A DNA stretch of 53,662 bases, filler included, from Bipalium vagum (taxonomy: Eukaryota): the NCBI GenBank assembly GCA_037834085.1. It is 3 parts of 3 records of this genome, joined end to end, with 100 filler letters (N's around TTAATTAATTAA, not from the genome) between each part and the next. Parts side by side here need not be neighbours in the genome. Positions count along the whole stretch, not along the records: positions 36,645 to 53,662 come from JBBMKC010082464.1; 2 more parts are not named here. One strand, given 5' to 3'. The first letter of the stretch is position 1. The number at the start of each line of letters is the position of its first letter. Positions 51,820 through 53,662 of this stretch are shown piece by piece. Both the position numbers and the translations under genes were made by a program. The notes below the pieces were generated by a model. It was not told the origin of the DNA. It searched no databases and was given only the letters and a program-made list of their open reading frames with translations.

Positions 51820-53662
51820 CTAGAATAAAACACAAAAAGAAGAAATAAGAATTAATTTTATAAAAACAGAAACGGGAAAATATATTCACGTTCTATGTAA
51901 TTATTTAATTATAGTGAATATAATAATTCACTTACACTTTAATAAATTTCTGTTTTTGCAAAATGAGTTATAATAAATTCTATATTTACTTTCCTTTCTT
52001 TAGAAAATTTTAAGGGTAATTTTTATGATTTTTCTTTGGGTATTTATACTATTTTCCTATCTTGTGTGTTGCTTCTGCAACGATTGTCATTGGCTGTTCT
52101 CTTATGATGTCATTTCCCATTTTCTTTATTTGACGTTACTAAAAAAATTTTACTGACGTCATTTAATTTATTATTTTGGTACTTCTGATCAAATTTTATT
52201 ATTCTTTAAATTGATTTTATTATTTTAATGCTTATGCTTCTTGAAACCCATTATTGCCTTTGTTTATGCTTTTTTTTAATGCTTTTATTTATTTATTTTG
52301 TATTATTGATAGCTCATTTGATTGTCTTTATTTTAATCTGGGTCTTTACCTATACCACTTTTGGGTATTAATCTGAGGTTTTAACGCTCTTATGGTGTAT
52401 TATGTAGGTCGTAGATTTTTATATTAAAAATTTTCTTTTCTTTTTTATTTTTACCTTATTTCAGGCACTGCCCACTGTTTTCCTCAGGTGTTCTTTATTA
52501 TTTATTTATTTTAATTTATTTTTATACATTTGACACTGTGATTCTGCTCAATTCTTCATCTTTTCCTCTTTTTGGTTGACGATTCCCACATTGGCAAAAA
52601 GAACCAAAATACTAACAAGAATTGACCCCAAAGATTTGTTGATTTGGTAAACTAAGAGGTACAATAAACATAGAATTAAAGTTTAATTTAATGTACAATA
52701 GCAGTGTCAGTTTTTCTTTAAACAAATATCGAAAAATCAAAAAAATTTCTTTATATGAGATGGCGCTACCGCTACCATCTAATATTCCGCATATTGTGAT
52801 AGTCCAACAAATACCTTTGGTCTATCTATCGTCCGTTTCAAATTAACAGTGATGAAGAAAAAGAATGGAATGAAAATGTAACTTAGAGTTTAAATTAATA
52901 TGATACTAATGAATGAAATGTACGACATTGCAATGAAACTGTAGAATTTGATAACCATTTTAAAAAAACTCATCTTAGTTTTGCTCGGACTTATGAAGCT
53001 TCTGTCAATCACTCAAGGAAAACTTTCTTCTCAAATAAAAACCTATCAATAAAAAAATAATAAATGAGTTTCTTAGAATTAATCATTTTACCAAAATGTA
53101 AAAGGTTTTACTAAAATCGAATTGTTAAATCATAACCGATTGTTTAATTTTAAATAAATACCAGAATCAAATTAAAAAGAAATAAACCGAAACAAAATAT
53201 TTATTGAAATTTTAAGAAGATCTATTTAATATCAAGAATCAAAATCAAAATCGTTAAAATGAGACATTAATCATTTTAAAATCAAGTTATTCAATGTTCA
53301 ACATTAGCCTCGTTACCAAAAACCAAAATTTAATTTAACAAATCAACACAAGTTACACAATATTCGACACTAACTGTTAAAAAAAGTCAAAATCAGTTTA
53401 GGTTATAATATAACTAACTATAATATAAATAACCAATTTAAACAATTTCTCATCTTTCAATCCGCCATAACGCAATTTATAAACAACTTTACCAAACTCA
53501 AAATTAATAAAAAAGTTTTCTGAACAAATGCTCGACTCGAGCTTTAATTTGATAACAATCTTAGTAATTTTCCAAAAAATTTAATTTTGTTAGTTACTGC
53601 CACGTTATCGACAGTTTCAGTATTGAAAAACTCGAGATTGTTTAACATTTTTATTTCAAGAA

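Noticed and set aside
52758-52780. AGATGGCGCTACCGCTACCATCT hairpin / YY1-like motif as a promoter
   Set aside because: Short, common in repeats, and not linkable to a defined transcription start.

Overview
Very AT-rich animal (metazoan) genomic DNA. It is made of three contigs (1-18055, 18156-36544, 36645-53662) joined by two artificial 100-nt spacers (44 N + TTAATTAATTAA + 44 N). Reading splice sites by hand gives three partial intron-containing host genes. (1) A + strand neuropeptide GPCR of the vasopressin/oxytocin-NPS/CCAP receptor group: exons 7676-7817, 14665-14768 and 17026-17119 (TM1-TM3), one with a probable GC donor. (2) A - strand p70 S6 kinase: five coding exons, 47923 to 41310, 3' half not found. 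(3) The 3' end of ATP6AP2 (V-ATPase accessory / prorenin receptor) on the - strand, stopping 385 nt upstream of the S6K ATG. The ORF track misses the GPCR and ATP6AP2 entirely. Most of the rest is decayed transposable elements: Tc1, mariner DD34D, maT-like, rosa DD41D, DD37E-like, hAT, a nested-palindrome MITE with 8-bp TSD, Penelope GIY-YIG, CR1-like and L1/Tx1-like LINEs, Gypsy, and possibly BEL/Pao. There are also a few candidate orphan exons. No rRNA, tRNA or CRISPR was recognised. I cannot demonstrate a new biological system from this sequence. The best leads are the operon-like ATP6AP2-S6K spacing, the divergent S6K regulatory motifs, the mosaic GPCR and the nested foldback MITE. Family assignments are from recalled motifs, not database searches. 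The organism is undetermined.
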